The translations under genes were made by a program, and so were the position numbers. The notes beneath the pieces were generated by a model. It did not search any database. It was given only the letters and a program-made list of their open reading frames with translations, and was not told the DNA's origin. A DNA stretch of 63,021 bases, counting the filler, from Rhabdomonas costata (Eukaryota), in the NCBI GenBank assembly GCA_019059605.1. It is 37 parts of 37 records of this genome, joined end to end, with 100 filler letters (N's around TTAATTAATTAA, not from the genome) between each part and the next. Parts side by side here need not be neighbours in the genome. Positions count along the whole stretch, not along the records: positions 1 to 1,607 come from JAHMHO010012112.1; positions 1,708 to 3,314 come from JAHMHO010012113.1; positions 3,415 to 5,025 come from JAHMHO010012114.1; positions 5,126 to 6,732 come from JAHMHO010012115.1; positions 6,833 to 8,439 come from JAHMHO010012116.1; positions 8,540 to 10,146 come from JAHMHO010012117.1; positions 10,247 to 11,852 come from JAHMHO010012118.1; 30 more parts are not named here. The stretch is one strand, 5' to 3'. Positions 1-11,952 of the stretch are shown here, in pieces. Positions within the stretch are counted from its first letter, which is position 1, and the number at the start of each line of letters is the position of its first letter.

Positions 1-41
1 TGTTTTTTGTGAAATTTCTGAAATGGGTGATGCGTGCGCAG

Positions 42-1144
42 TGGCAGGAGATCCTCGCGAAGGCCTCTCAATCCATGGAGCAGCTGAGGGAGCAGATCGT
101 GATGAGGGAGCTGGCCAACACGCTGAAGACCAACGTCAGAGTCTGCCGTGCCATCGGTACCTCTCGCCCCACCTCCCCCACATCCCGCCCACGGAGACAC
201 CTTCAGCTTCGATTTTTGGATCGCCGCTGGCATCGATTTCTGGGGTTGCAGCTGCTCTCATCTCTCTGAGTGGAGGAATCAATAAATGGTGTGCTGCATG
301 CCACAGGAGTGGGGTTTGTGTGTTCTGTGGGGATACCTTTTCCCCTGAATGTCGCTGCATGAAGGCGGAAACGAAGTTGATATTGTGGTAATTGAGCAAC
401 TTGGGGCCATAACGCCCATCGGCACACTTTTTACTCGGTGGACACAGGGCTTTCTCCCGCGGTGAGGGAGGGGAGCTTCTGTAGGGACAGGGACAGGTTA
501 GTTTTTAAGCCGGGGCTTTTTTTTTGCCAGCGTTTAATTCTACCCCCACCACCGACGTAATTTTACATTCTCAACCGGGACGCGCATCACTCCCCTAACT
601 ACCCAAGCGACAAACCCGTTCCCCACACCCCCTGAAGTAGTCACCAAGCTGGTAAGTGTATGTAAGCAAGCTGGTGGAGTTGGGAACAACCCGTACTTCT
701 GCCCGCGCATAGTACTGCGCGCGAACAGCATTACACATGGCTATGCACGTTGACCAGTCTATTTTGCTGTGAGTATGCGCCTGTGCTTGATTGCGCACAA
801 TTGTCTCGTTTTGGTTTTTACTCAGGGCACCCCTTTATTGTGCAGCTGAGGGTGATCTTTGGTCATTTGATGACACTCTACAAGATGTACTCTGGGATGA
901 TCACGGGTGAAGTTTCTACCCACGGTGTGTGTGCGTGTGTGCGTGGCCAGGCAGTGGTGAAGTATGCGAACGTACGGAGACAGAAAAGACCTCCACCAAA
1001 GCAGTGCCTCGTGCAGTGACTTGAGGCTTATGTTGTGCTCGCTGGACAATATGAAGTACAATGTGTCGGCACAAGATTGTTCTCTGCTCATCTGCGCAAA
1101 TAAGGCCTTTGAAAAGGCTTGTCCGTGACCTCATCCAGCTGATC
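42..1144 (+). CDS. XPO1: Exportin-1/CRM1, internal exons (partial)
   Basis: Exons 42-156, 826-924, 946-~988 and ~1117-1144 read WQEILAKASQSMEQLREQIVMRELANTLKTNVRVCRAIG|HPFIVQLRVIFGHLMTLYKMYSGMITGEVSTHG|QAVVKYANVRRQKR|LVRDLIQLI. This is colinear with the CRM1 segment LKTNVRAC..VGHPF..QL..IY.DML..YK...KRETLKLI. Intron 157-825 is GT-AG and in phase. Confidence 0.92.
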
Positions 1145-1607
1145 CCCTGGACCGGACCGGACCGGACTGCGATAGGGGCATTTGGGGGGGGGTCATTTTG
1201 GGCCATTTTGACCTTTTGGGTCATTTGTTGGCCTTCACGCTGAGCCTGAGCTTTCGGCCCAGCCTGCTTTGGTTGCCGATGCGCATCCTCAGGATTAATT
1301 TCTGCTGGCCTCGGCATGGGCGTCGGCTGGCCCACCTGCTTGCCTCTAAAAGAGAAATACATGCTAGTTTGCACTCGGGGAAGACAGCGGTTGGGTTGTA
1401 TGTGGTTATACCTCTGTGGTATCTGTGTTTTGCAGAGATAATACGGTAAATCCCGGATGGAAATGCAAGACCAGGGGGTCTGGTTCACAATAGAAGTCCA
1501 CGCATTGCACATTTTTGTCAGCATTCTCAGCATTGTTGTGTTTGTGCCTCAAAAAATTCCCGTGTGGAGCAGAAATCAATCTTCGGCACTTCCCACCTAC
1601 CACCCCC

Positions 1608-1707
1608 NNNNNNNNNNNNNNNNNNNNNNNNNNNNNNNNNNNNNNNNNNNNTTAATTAATTAANNNNNNNNNNNNNNNNNNNNNNNNNNNNNNNNNNNNN
1701 NNNNNNN
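1608..1707. other. Artificial contig-joining spacer (one of 36 in the window)
   Basis: N44-TTAATTAATTAA-N44 gives stops in all six frames and recurs about every 1706 nt. Flanking contigs are all about 1600-1611 nt, as in a length-sorted concatenation. Confidence 0.99.
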
Positions 1708-3414
1708 TGTGTTGGGGGTTGGGGTATAAGAGGAAGCGGCAAGGGCTTGCATTCCCGCATCGGTAAACCGATTAAAGCCCACATTCAAGGAGGTAAGGCT
1801 AGGTATCGGCCAAGACCTCCAAGCCCTTCACAGATCCATGACCTGTCCTCATATGACCGCGAATTCCAAGCCCCCTGCTAGGCTTCTGTTTAACCTGTCC
1901 GAGGGGACGCATAATGCTGGTGTGTGTGGAAGAGAGCTTGGGGAGAAGTAACACAACAACATCAACAGCTTAAAAAAGCGTTCGCGTTTTTTAAAAGCAC
2001 AGTTTGAGTCAGGCTTGCACTTGCTGACCCACACAGCCAAAGATGTAAACCTTCAGGGGTACAGTTGCCTTCCGACACGACAAAACAGTTAAACAGTGGG
2101 CAGGCTCCGTCCTCGCAGCTATTCCCTTCCCATTGAAGGGGTACGAGCAGTCGTCAATCAGAGAGGCTCCTCCGCTCCACTTCGATCTCGTGGTGACGGG
2201 GAGACACTGCGGAGGATTGTACTGACAACTCCATCCTCGGCGGGTGCAGATGCAGGTGCAGGGCTGGGCCTGTGTGAGCCACCACGAAATCCGCATAAAA
2301 CCCGCAACCGTGAAAATGGACCCGACATCTTAGGCGGGCACGGTGAAGTGCGGGTGGGTAAGTTCCGAATAACGTGCATGACGATGATATATGTTTTACG
2401 GCGTTATAAGACTCGGAACGTGTACCGCATACCTAACCACCTGCGAGACTAAATAATCTCACTCTGGGGCCCAATGGAAGTTGGGAGGGGGGGAGTGGTA
2501 ACGGTGGTAACAGAAAACTGGCTTAATTTTTTTTTTTGCTAAATTAACCAAAAGCAGTGACTTTAAGTATGCCAGCACTCTCGAAATAACTGCATTTTTG
2601 TGTAAGGGGTTCTGGATGATAGTTTTTGCCTAGTAGCTGAAAACTACTTCTGGCTAAGACCAATGGCTGGGATATGGGCGGACGAGTAGGGCAGCATTAG
2701 TTTAGGGGCTAAGGCCAGCGGGTCGGCAGCCGGAGCGGGCGGCTGGGGCGGGGACGTGACCTGGGGGCCCTTTAACAACTTTTTAAAATATGCTCCCATA
2801 GTAAATATTGTTACCAGTCCCCCCCCTCCAAATTCCATTGCACCCACTCTGGGGACACGTGCATCGCAAACCTAAACTCCTGCGAGACCAAGTAATCAGA
2901 TTCTGGGACCACGTTTTTCGCCGCCTAGGATCTTGGGCCGCGGAGCCGCTTTCTTTCGGCACCAACGATGGGGAAAACAATGAGGGTGAAAGCAGTACAA
3001 GGCATACGAGCGGCGATGCGGCTGGCCAGTACCGGAGTCCGCAAAAACCCGTCTGAAAGATAAATAACACAAACAAGCAAAAGACGCAACTCCGCCCCGA
3101 CCACTGCAGGGGACGATACATTCTTTGACTCACACATCCAACCGGCACAACGTACAATGCACAACAGCCAGAGCCAAAAGATGTTTTACAGAAAGGACAG
3201 AAACGTGCTGATGCATCCGCAACCTCACCGCTTTCATCAGCGAAGACGAAGAGGTCATGGCATAGCACGAATGACGGGCTTCCTAGCCCACCCAAGTTGC
3301 TGAACCCACCCCCCNNNNNNNNNNNNNNNNNNNNNNNNNNNNNNNNNNNNNNNNNNNNTTAATTAATTAANNNNNNNNNNNNNNNNNNNNNNNNNNNNNN
3401 NNNNNNNNNNNNNN

Positions 3415-5025
3415 TCAGGCTTCGTGTTCTTGGGTCGTAGGGTTAGCGCTTGTTGTGTTCTTGCTGCGTGGGTTCATGGCTGTTGGTGTCAGAGGGTGTC
3501 ATGGTGCGTAGGTTTAGGGCTAATCCTGTGTGTGTGTTTGGTTAAGTGCTTGTTGTGTGTTAGTGCGTTGGGTGTGATGTTGATGGTTTGTGTGCTTGGC
3601 TAATCCGGTGTTACGTGTTCCTGTTCCTGTTCCTGTTGCTATGCGTAGGGTTCGTGCTACTGTTGTTGTTGTGCGTAGGTTTAGGGCTTGTTGTGTTGAC
3701 GTCATGGTGTCTTGCGTTTCGGAGGGGCTGGTGTCGTGGTTCGTGGTGCTGTTGGTGTCAAGGGCTGTAGCTTGGTGTCATGTTGTCAGTGTGTGCTTGG
3801 AGTGGCTGGGGTTCATGGTGTCACGGTTTTACGGTCTGTGGGTTCATGGGTTCATGCTTTCTGTCTTCAGTGCTTCTACTACGCTTGTGTTGTGTCGATG
3901 GCTGTTGGGGTTCAGGGCTTCTTGTTTCGTGGAGTTGGGTTTGGGTGTCTGGATTCTGAGGCTAGGGGTGAGTTGAGTGTTGGCATTCCTACCTGCGGTG
4001 CCTTTACGTGTTACCCTCTATTACGGCATGACCGCTACGCACTCATGCCTTCATGCTTTTATGCGTAGGGTATACTCCGATTCCCTGACATCCTCGACTC
4101 GGGGACACTCACTACTACGGCATGTCGCTACGCACCATGCCTTCGTTCCTTCCACCTTAATGCATTCTGAGGGCCTTCTTGTATTCTAGGGTGTAAGGGT
4201 GTATTTTGTGTTCTTGCCGGTCGTGAGATCCTTGCGTCTCTCACTCCCTAAGAATGATGGTTCACTCGTTCCCCGGCATAAGCCGGTACGTGTCACTCCG
4301 ACCGGGCGTAGCCACGCAGGAATACCCTCTTCTTTCTTCTGCATCTAGGAGGAGATGCGAACGCAGTGAGCATCGACGACATCAAGAACCTTAGGGCCCC
4401 CACGAAACGCAGTGAGTGGGGATTGGAGGCATGAACGTAGTGAATGCCGACAGGATACAGGAACGAGGGAGCGCAGCGACCGAGTGACAAGCAACATCTT
4501 CTGTATCTGTGAGGGAGCGTAGCCGCACCGCGGTGGAGCGACCGAACCACTGCATTTAGGAGGAGATGCTGACCGTAGGGAGGCATCGACGACATCAACA
4601 TCTTTTACCCCTAGAGGCTCATCCCGTCGCTCCCCACCATTAGGTGGTACGCTCCTCTTCACAACCCCCTCAACTCATGCCTTTACTATACCTGTCTCTT
4701 CGCATCCTTACACCGTCATAAGACGCTTACAGGATGCTCCGACCGGGCGAGGCCGGAGGAAGAATACACCCTTAGACTTAGAACATGAAGGCATGAGTGC
4801 GTAGCGGTCATGCCGTAATAGAGGTAAAGACATCTCAGCACCGCAGGTAGGAATGCATAAAAGGGGTTGAAGATCCCTGGGTTACTTCTTGGCATTCTCT
4901 CAACGCTGGTAGTAGGCGTAACATTAGCCCTTTAACTCACCAGTAGCCATCAACCCGTAGACCTCCAACCCCAAAACAAGAACCCCAGAAACAAGAACAA
5001 GAAGCCCCTCAACCACCATGACACA
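3415..5025. repeat. Degenerate palindromic repeat region: G/T-rich left arm, C/A-rich right arm, nested inverted and direct repeats
   Basis: 3983-4055 is the reverse complement of 4784-4856 (a 19-nt and a 41-nt perfect block). Direct repeats lie at ~4339-4400 vs ~4550-4610 and at ~4294 vs ~4736 (ctccgaccgggcg). No credible ORF. Confidence 0.75.
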
Positions 5026-5125
5026 NNNNNNNNNNNNNNNNNNNNNNNNNNNNNNNNNNNNNNNNNNNNTTAATTAATTAANNNNNNNNNNNNNNNNNNN
5101 NNNNNNNNNNNNNNNNNNNNNNNNN

Positions 5126-5280
5126 TGTTGTGGTTGGCCAAGAGCACCAGGTTCCCCATGGCGTTCCGGAGCGGTGGCTGTACTGCGTCGGGGGTTGAAT
5201 TGGGACGGGACATCGACGCACAAGGATCTTTGCACGCTGTCGACGGGATTCTCACGCAGGACATAGTGGACACAGACGAT
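5126..5280 (+). CDS. Possible fasciclin (FAS1) domain C-terminal exon of a membrane/secreted protein
   Basis: RDIDAQGSLHAVDGIL resembles the FAS1 H2 motif DI.A.NG.IH.ID.VL, followed by a GT donor at 5281. A small downstream exon at ~6476-6498 (AG...GTGAGT) could encode CCCWRHK. Confidence 0.3.
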
Positions 5281-6832
5281 GTAAAATTTTGTTTTCCTAT
5301 TTGTTTCATGCCGTTGACCGACCTAACCAACATGGAAAGCTAGGCGCTTGTGGCGAAAGGCAGGAGAGAGTTTTCCATACCCCCAAAGAAGGAAAGGCTT
5401 ACGAGCTAAGTACCTTGCTTTGGTTAGATTTACGAAGCGGCTGGATGGATTTCCGGAGGGGGAAGGCTCTAGAACGATTGCGTTGCCGAACGGGAAAGAG
5501 GGAGTCTCCCCTTCCCCTTCCGTTTCATATCTTTTCTCCCTCACTGTTTTTTGCTTGCACTCTCTTGCCTTCCTTTGCCTTCCTTTGTTTGTGGAGTAGA
5601 CACTGGAGTATGTGGTATGTGTGGTCTTGTTTTTGTTTCCCTCTTTTTTTTGTGATATTTTTAGTGGTGGTTAATCTCGAGTATCCAATCAAACGCGCGC
5701 GCAAGCGAAAACAAGGTGGGACGTTTTCAGTCAAAAGAAATCTGCACATGACAACAGCGGCAAAGTTCGTGATGAACATTATTTGTCTTCGATTTGCTAA
5801 CTTCGAGAAGAAACTCGTAGAAGTCAAAACATCAAAGAATGTTAAATCGGTGGCAAGGAATGAAAATAGAAAAAGACTCGCGAAAAACTCGTAAACGGCC
5901 AACCCTGAATGTCTCTCCGAATCCCAGTCAATGTATAGTGGTGTATATGAGTTTTCGGGTGGAAATGGCCATGCGTGGAAAAAGGGGAGCACAGAGCTGT
6001 GCCAGCAGGACGAGGGGCATGAAGACCTGTAGTCAGTACATCTGCAAGATTTCACATGTTGACAGGTGACTGGAGGCTGGTCGGAACCGCACCAACTCAG
6101 TGGGGGCTCATGGGGTGAGGTTGCAGAGAAACTCAATTAACACGGCCATGGCTCTTTGCGGGTGAAAGAGGAAGAGCTGTTGGCCGTAGATATTGTGGCG
6201 GAAGTGCCATGACGGGAAGGGCAAGTGCGCAGTAATGAAGGCTCTGGAGGAGGACGAGACAACTCGGTCCGAATCCTCGATACAACCAGGGACCCCACAG
6301 CTTCTAACGCGGAAGGAGGTCGGGGAGTTTTGACCATCCCCTTTTAGGTTTCGAATGATGAACAGGGTAGTAAAAGAATGCCGAAGGCAGCGGAGAGATG
6401 TACAGACCTCTCACCCCGTATGATGTACCTTGGTGCTTAGTGCTTTCTATTTCATTGTGAGCTTTTCCCCTGCAGGATGTTGTTGTTGGCGGCATAAGGT
6501 GAGTTTTCTTGAATCTGTTTGTTCAAGATTCGCTCGTGAATGTTGGGTCTCAGCACAAGCTTTCGTTAAAGGTTTCAAATAATGTGGTAAAATGTTGTCT
6601 GCCATGTGTGGGTGGATCAGCGTCGCTTGCAGGATGACTGACCGTTTCGTTTGCTTGATCCTTCGTTGCCTTCTGCTGCGGCAGGTGAACGAAACGGTCA
6701 GTCATCCTGCAAGCGACGCTGACCCACCCACCNNNNNNNNNNNNNNNNNNNNNNNNNNNNNNNNNNNNNNNNNNNNTTAATTAATTAANNNNNNNNNNNN
6801 NNNNNNNNNNNNNNNNNNNNNNNNNNNNNNNN

Positions 6833-7057
6833 GGTTGGTGGGGCCCGTCCTCCTCGGGCTTCTTGCGGAAGCTTTTCCGGGCATACCGCTCGCGGCACCC
6901 AGGCTCCGGCCGCCTGGTGTACTCTGACCTTTGGTACCGAGTGTCGGTGGTGGTCGCCAAAGCAGTGGGGCGGCAGCTGGGTTTCGCGGTGGTACACGAC
7001 AGCCTTGATCTGTACTGGCCCCGCCACCCCTCCATCCCTGATGCTCACCCGTTTTAG
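6833..7057 (+). mobile_element. C-terminal end of an RLE-type non-LTR retrotransposon ORF (CRE/SLACS-like), followed by a pyrimidine-rich 3' UTR
   Basis: GWWGPSSSGFLRKLF...LWYRVSVVVAKAVGRQL matches the G.WG..A..FL..L...L..R.SV.V....A..L tail that follows the restriction-like endonuclease of CRE/NeSL/R2-group elements. Stop at 7055-7057. Confidence 0.65.
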
Positions 7058-8561
7058 ACGTAGATGTACAGTGTTTTGTCTATCTCTGTTCTGGGTTTCT
7101 TGTTTGACTTCCTTCCTCCGCTCCCGATCCCGACATTCGCCTGTCTGCTTTCTTCACAGGTTGCATCCCTGCGACTGGTTCCACCCAACCCTTTGCATTA
7201 CCCAAGTGCCTTATTCTGCGTCCCTTTCCCTCCCGTCCTCTCACACGCTTGTTGTCCTTCTCCTCCAACTTCTTCTCCCTCTACAGCCTCCAATCCCCCC
7301 AGTATTTCATCTGATCGGACCACCACCCACCTTACCGCTACTCACCCACTTTTTTCCATACAGTCCCCAGCCGTTTTGAACTATCCTCCACCCATTCCAT
7401 TTCTGTCACCATTCCTATCCTGTTTCAGTCTTTACATTAATTTTGTGCTTTATCGTCTTTTTTTCTTATGTGCTTAGTTCACCACAGCTATTTCATCGCG
7501 CCCCTTCCTGTAAACTGTTTTTTTGTGTTGCACTTTTCCCGAACCCCTGTGCCTGTCCCGCAGTGCCGTTTCTTTGCCGAAAAAAGTGCTTCTGCCAGTT
7601 TTTTCCTTAAATGTTACACTTCATTATGAAGAGAAGTGACCAATACGGGAATCTGTCAAGAGGAAGCAAAAGCCGCAACGTACTTCGTTGTAACCCGACC
7701 GAACCGTTGGCCAATCTGGATCTGGCTGTGCGACGGTTGCTCCCCAATTACCACCCTTGCGGGGGGACCAGCATCGCTGAAGAAGGCAACTACACCTTCC
7801 ACCGATCATGCTCTTTGTTTGTTGTGAGGTGTGCAAATGATGTTTCTGACCGTTACGCCTGTGCGCCGATATGAAGTGCATCAAGGTGCGGCAAGAACTT
7901 TTCTTTCTCTTCTGAAGTCATCTGTGGTTTGGTCCCAGGCAGTCTTCCCCTACAATCCCGAGCGGATGGTCTGGGTGATCGCGCCCGCCGCGCCCGAGGT
8001 CGGCCAACTCCGCCTGGGCGAACTGCACCGTGAGATTCCCGCCGTGGAGCTCCCGCCGAGTATACCAGGGTAAGCCTCGGCAGCGCCCCACGCGCGTTAC
8101 AGGCGTTCGGGTAGCGGTTGGTCAGGTACGCCGTCCTTTGAACCCACCGGGGTAGGTAAGTGGCCCGGCTGAGGCCTGAGCCTTCACAATACTGACGCCG
8201 TTTGGAAGTATTGGCCAATTTTACAATGTTGGAAGGGGAAAAGGGACTTGCGACAATGAAACGTGCTTGTAAACCTTCCAAAACTTTGTTGTGATGCGAA
8301 ACAAGAAATTGTTGGGAAATTGGATTGTGAAGCTTGTGTGCGGGATGGTCTGATTTTCTTTTCAAAAAAACCCAGATGGTCAAGTCGGGGCTTTTGTGTT
8401 TTTTTGAAAAGAAAATCAGACCATCCCGCACACCAACACNNNNNNNNNNNNNNNNNNNNNNNNNNNNNNNNNNNNNNNNNNNNTTAATTAATTAANNNNN
8501 NNNNNNNNNNNNNNNNNNNNNNNNNNNNNNNNNNNNNNNTGTTTTTGGGGTGTGCTTTCAG

Positions 8562-10140
8562 GGGTGGTCGCTCTGACCCAGACCATGCATTTGGCGTACT
8601 GGACTATGGATGCCACCCTGACGCTGCAGGAGAAGATGAAGGTGAAGATCTCCACCTCGCAGTCCGCTGAGGCTGCCGTTCCTCAGGTGCCAGGCAGGCC
8701 TTGATGCTTTGAAAATGATCTCCGGGTGGTGAATCGGCTGCCAATGACTTATCTCTACCACCAACACATCACCGTCGTCACCGCCGGGTACACACGACTT
8801 TGCCGTCGTATTCCCAAGACACATGCAACAAATTAGACAAGAGGCATACAGAAACGGTAGTCCAAGTGCATCCGTGTTTATCCTCCGCATTGAGAAGATC
8901 AGGCGGCACGTCATTAATGGGGCGGATCGTGCAGCTTTTTTTTTTCACTCGGTACACAAGGCACGAGCAATTGTTCCAAGAGCAGCCAAACAATGATTGC
9001 ATTGCTATTAATGCGTAGTGCTCCGACGGAGGCCGAACATCATATTTCTCATTACCAAACGTCGCAACGTCGCATTATGCAAAACAAACTCAGCAATGCT
9101 CAGCGCGCCAACAATGGCCAGAGGGTGGGGTGATGCCTCTGGTCGACAACAGAAAAACAGAAGCTGTTCAATTCCTGGAAACTCTGATTTAATTCTTCCG
9201 AAGCAGCGGAAAACGGAAGGAACATCCAAAATACTTTGCAGTAATCAATGACACCTGCTGACGAAAGCTTATTTTGTGTTTTTGAGCAAGTTGCCGCTGC
9301 GTTGTTAAGCTTAGGGGTGGTTCAGTGGGTCCCGCCTCCCTACCATATGAGCTCCTAAAAAGGGCATTTTAGGGAATGCACTGGTGGTTTGGTCGCAATG
9401 CTGATGCATACACAAGGATTGTCGGGGGTGGCGCTGACAGGTGATGTGGGTTGGCCCTGGCCTTCTGGCGACCTCCCATTGCGAAAGTGTTCTGCGGCTG
9501 TGGAACCTGGAGAAGGACGAAAACTACGTCCTCCACCTCACCGGGCAGGACGAGCGCGATATGGAAAGTATGCGCAGCCCTGCTCATTGGCTAGGCATCG
9601 GTTACTTCGCAGCCAACCCTCCAACCAAAGGTCTTCCACAAATCGTTTTGTTGTTGAAAGTTCTGCCCTGCTGGTGGGGATGTCCCTGTGTTCCTTCTGT
9701 GTTCCTTCTCACCTTTCAATTGCGTGCTGGTTTTGGAAGCAAGCGGATATCTGACACGTGTTATCATCGGTCAGGGGCCCCAGATAGCTTGCCCCCAGTC
9801 AGTACGTCGTTGTTTCTGACTTCCTTTTGGCCTCCATCTCCTTCGTGTGCATTCAAAAGAATTTAAACCAAGTCAGAGCGTTCCGCAAGTGGCAATAGTT
9901 GTTAGGAAGGGCCGGATTAGAATTGAAAAGGTCAGAGAGAGATGAACTTAACTTGTTTTTGTTGTTGAGCTGGGACTGGGTTCCGATGTTTTTGGCAATA
10001 CATCGGAAATGCTGAAATTCTGACCCCCTAGTGCGCATCCGTGACCCTGTCCCCGTCTCCTGCGTACACAGAGGACCGGAAGGGTCTCAGTGAGAAGCTG
10101 AGCTGCGTCTCGTACAACCCCAGGAAACGGGTTCTCGCAG
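8562..10140 (+). CDS. IFT140: Intraflagellar transport protein 140, WD40 region, three internal exons
   Basis: Exons 8562-8686, 9441-9567 and 10072-10140 are GT-AG and in phase. They read VMWVGPGLLATSHCESVLRLWNLEKDENYVL...EKLSCVSYNPRKRVLAG, matching the IFT140 motifs LR.WDLE..ENY.L and C..Y.P.K..LAAG. Confidence 0.88.
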
Positions 10141-10396
10141 GTGTGCNNNNNNNNNNNNNNNNNNNNNNNNNNNNNNNNNNNNNNNNNNNNTTAATTAATT
10201 AANNNNNNNNNNNNNNNNNNNNNNNNNNNNNNNNNNNNNNNNNNNNAAAATTCAATCTGCGTTCAAATGCGGCTGCGGGAACAGCAGTACATTGGTCTAA
10301 AGACGCCCTTCCGAAAGGTTCTGGTTTATTCTGCTGCTGCATATCTGCAGGGGCGTATGTATCCACAATAACACGCTCACACAAGATGACACCCAC

Positions 10397-11385
10397 CGTC
10401 TGGTGCCGGAAGGTGCTGGGGTCGACGTCTGTAGGCCTCAGCGAAGGCTCCAAGGTGTGCAGTAGGCGGTCCATGGGCATCGTGGAGATCACCGCGTCGT
10501 ACGCCACGATGGAGCCGTCGCGCAGCTTCAGCTTCTTTCCCGGAAGTACCTCGGTGACCGGGGAGTTCATCCGGATCTTCCCCGAGGGCAGCATCGCGAA
10601 CACGGCGTCCCAGATCTGTCCCGTGCCGTTCATCGGGTACCTGCCCGAGCAGCGTTATTCACAGTAAAAGTGCGATGGTCGAAAAATTGAATCTTTGGCA
10701 CCCGGTATTCCACCATTTGGAGCGATTAGCGAAGTGCAGGCTGCCACATCTCCAACAAAAGCAAATAGACGCAAAAAGGCACGACCCGCAAAGACCGGCG
10801 GAGGACAGATCCGTTGCAGAGCAAAGACCTGCCCAAGTACGCTTCGGAAAATTTCCCGCGGTGTTTCCTTTGCTTTCAGGCCTTGCCATCCTCCGCATTA
10901 CAACAGAAAGGTGAGCTCCCACAAACGTTCGGATTCGGGCAAGCCGTTCTACATGTTGGCCAGAGCGTCCCTATCAGCTTGAACCTGATCCTGCACTCCT
11001 TCAGCCATCACTCCCAACCCCAACCGAGAGAGAGGGAGAGAGAGGAGTTGCACAGCATCTTAGGATATCAAAAACCACCGCAAAGCCGTCACCGCGGTTT
11101 GCGTTGTACTACGTCGCCACCCCATGCCCTCGGTGGAAACGGCCCATTTGGAAAGGCCCGTTTTGGATATCCCCCCCCCACCATGTCCTCTCATCACAGC
11201 GCAGCGCACCGGAACATCGCGTTGGGGCCCCAGCTGCTCTGCGCCTTCTTCAGCAGGGTGTTGGCGACAATGTCCCGGACGTTCAGCGTGGCCACGCGCT
11301 CGCCCACCCACACGCTGTTCATCAGTCGCGCCGGGGTGGCCCACACCTTGAAGTTGTACGGCAGCAGGAAGGTGTCGGCCAGGCC
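10397..11385 (-). CDS. GLF: UDP-galactopyranose mutase (eukaryotic UGM), two internal exons
   Basis: Exons 11385-11210 and 10640-10397 (GT-AG) read GLADTFLLPYNFKVWATPARLMNSVWVGERVA...WGPNAMFR|YPMNGTGQIW...YDAVISTMPMD. PYNFKVW, GERVA, WGPNA.FR and GTG.IW are eukaryotic UGM signatures. Confidence 0.92.
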
Positions 11386-11952
11386 CTGTGAAGGGTGGGG
11401 TGGTTCACCACCACACTCTCACGCACACTTGTGGGGCGGTTCACCACGCATATGCACGAACAGCAACAAAGAAAATTTCTCACACACGCAGACAATCTTT
11501 CACAAAGAGAGAGAGAGAGACAGAGTGGGGACCACTCAGCACCCAAAGGGCCCCATACGGACAGCGTTGGCATGCATTGAAACTGAAAAGGCAGTGGGTA
11601 CGCTGAAAAGGAAGTCAACATAGACAGTGCCGACGTCACCTTTCCCGATTTACAAACGTGAATAATTGTTTTCCGGTATCTTTGTCACAAAATGCAGCAG
11701 CGCACACGGTGTTCAGGGTCCGGGCAAAAGGCAATGCAATAACTTGCACTGGCAACGAGGGAACAAAACAGAGGGTTGGATGCACACGGGATGTACACGG
11801 CAGCAACAGAGGCGCAAAAGCACAAGGATCAACGTGAATTACCCACAAAACCNNNNNNNNNNNNNNNNNNNNNNNNNNNNNNNNNNNNNNNNNNNNTTAA
11901 TTAATTAANNNNNNNNNNNNNNNNNNNNNNNNNNNNNNNNNNNNNNNNNNNN

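Noticed and set aside
5289-6136. Overlapping ~200-aa ORFs on both strands, and most other short ORFs in the track
   Set aside because: They arise from low-complexity intronic sequence or are antisense shadows of real exons, with no motifs or codon bias.
7775-7812. CTGAAGA/CTGATGA hammerhead-like cores here and near 14604 and 23250
   Set aside because: None has a properly closed stem II followed by GAAA.
8336-8433. Contig-end hairpins here and at 20192-20380, 47541-47675 and 51195-51287
   Set aside because: All are terminal and near-perfect, and they are unrelated to each other in sequence. They fit the same artefact class.
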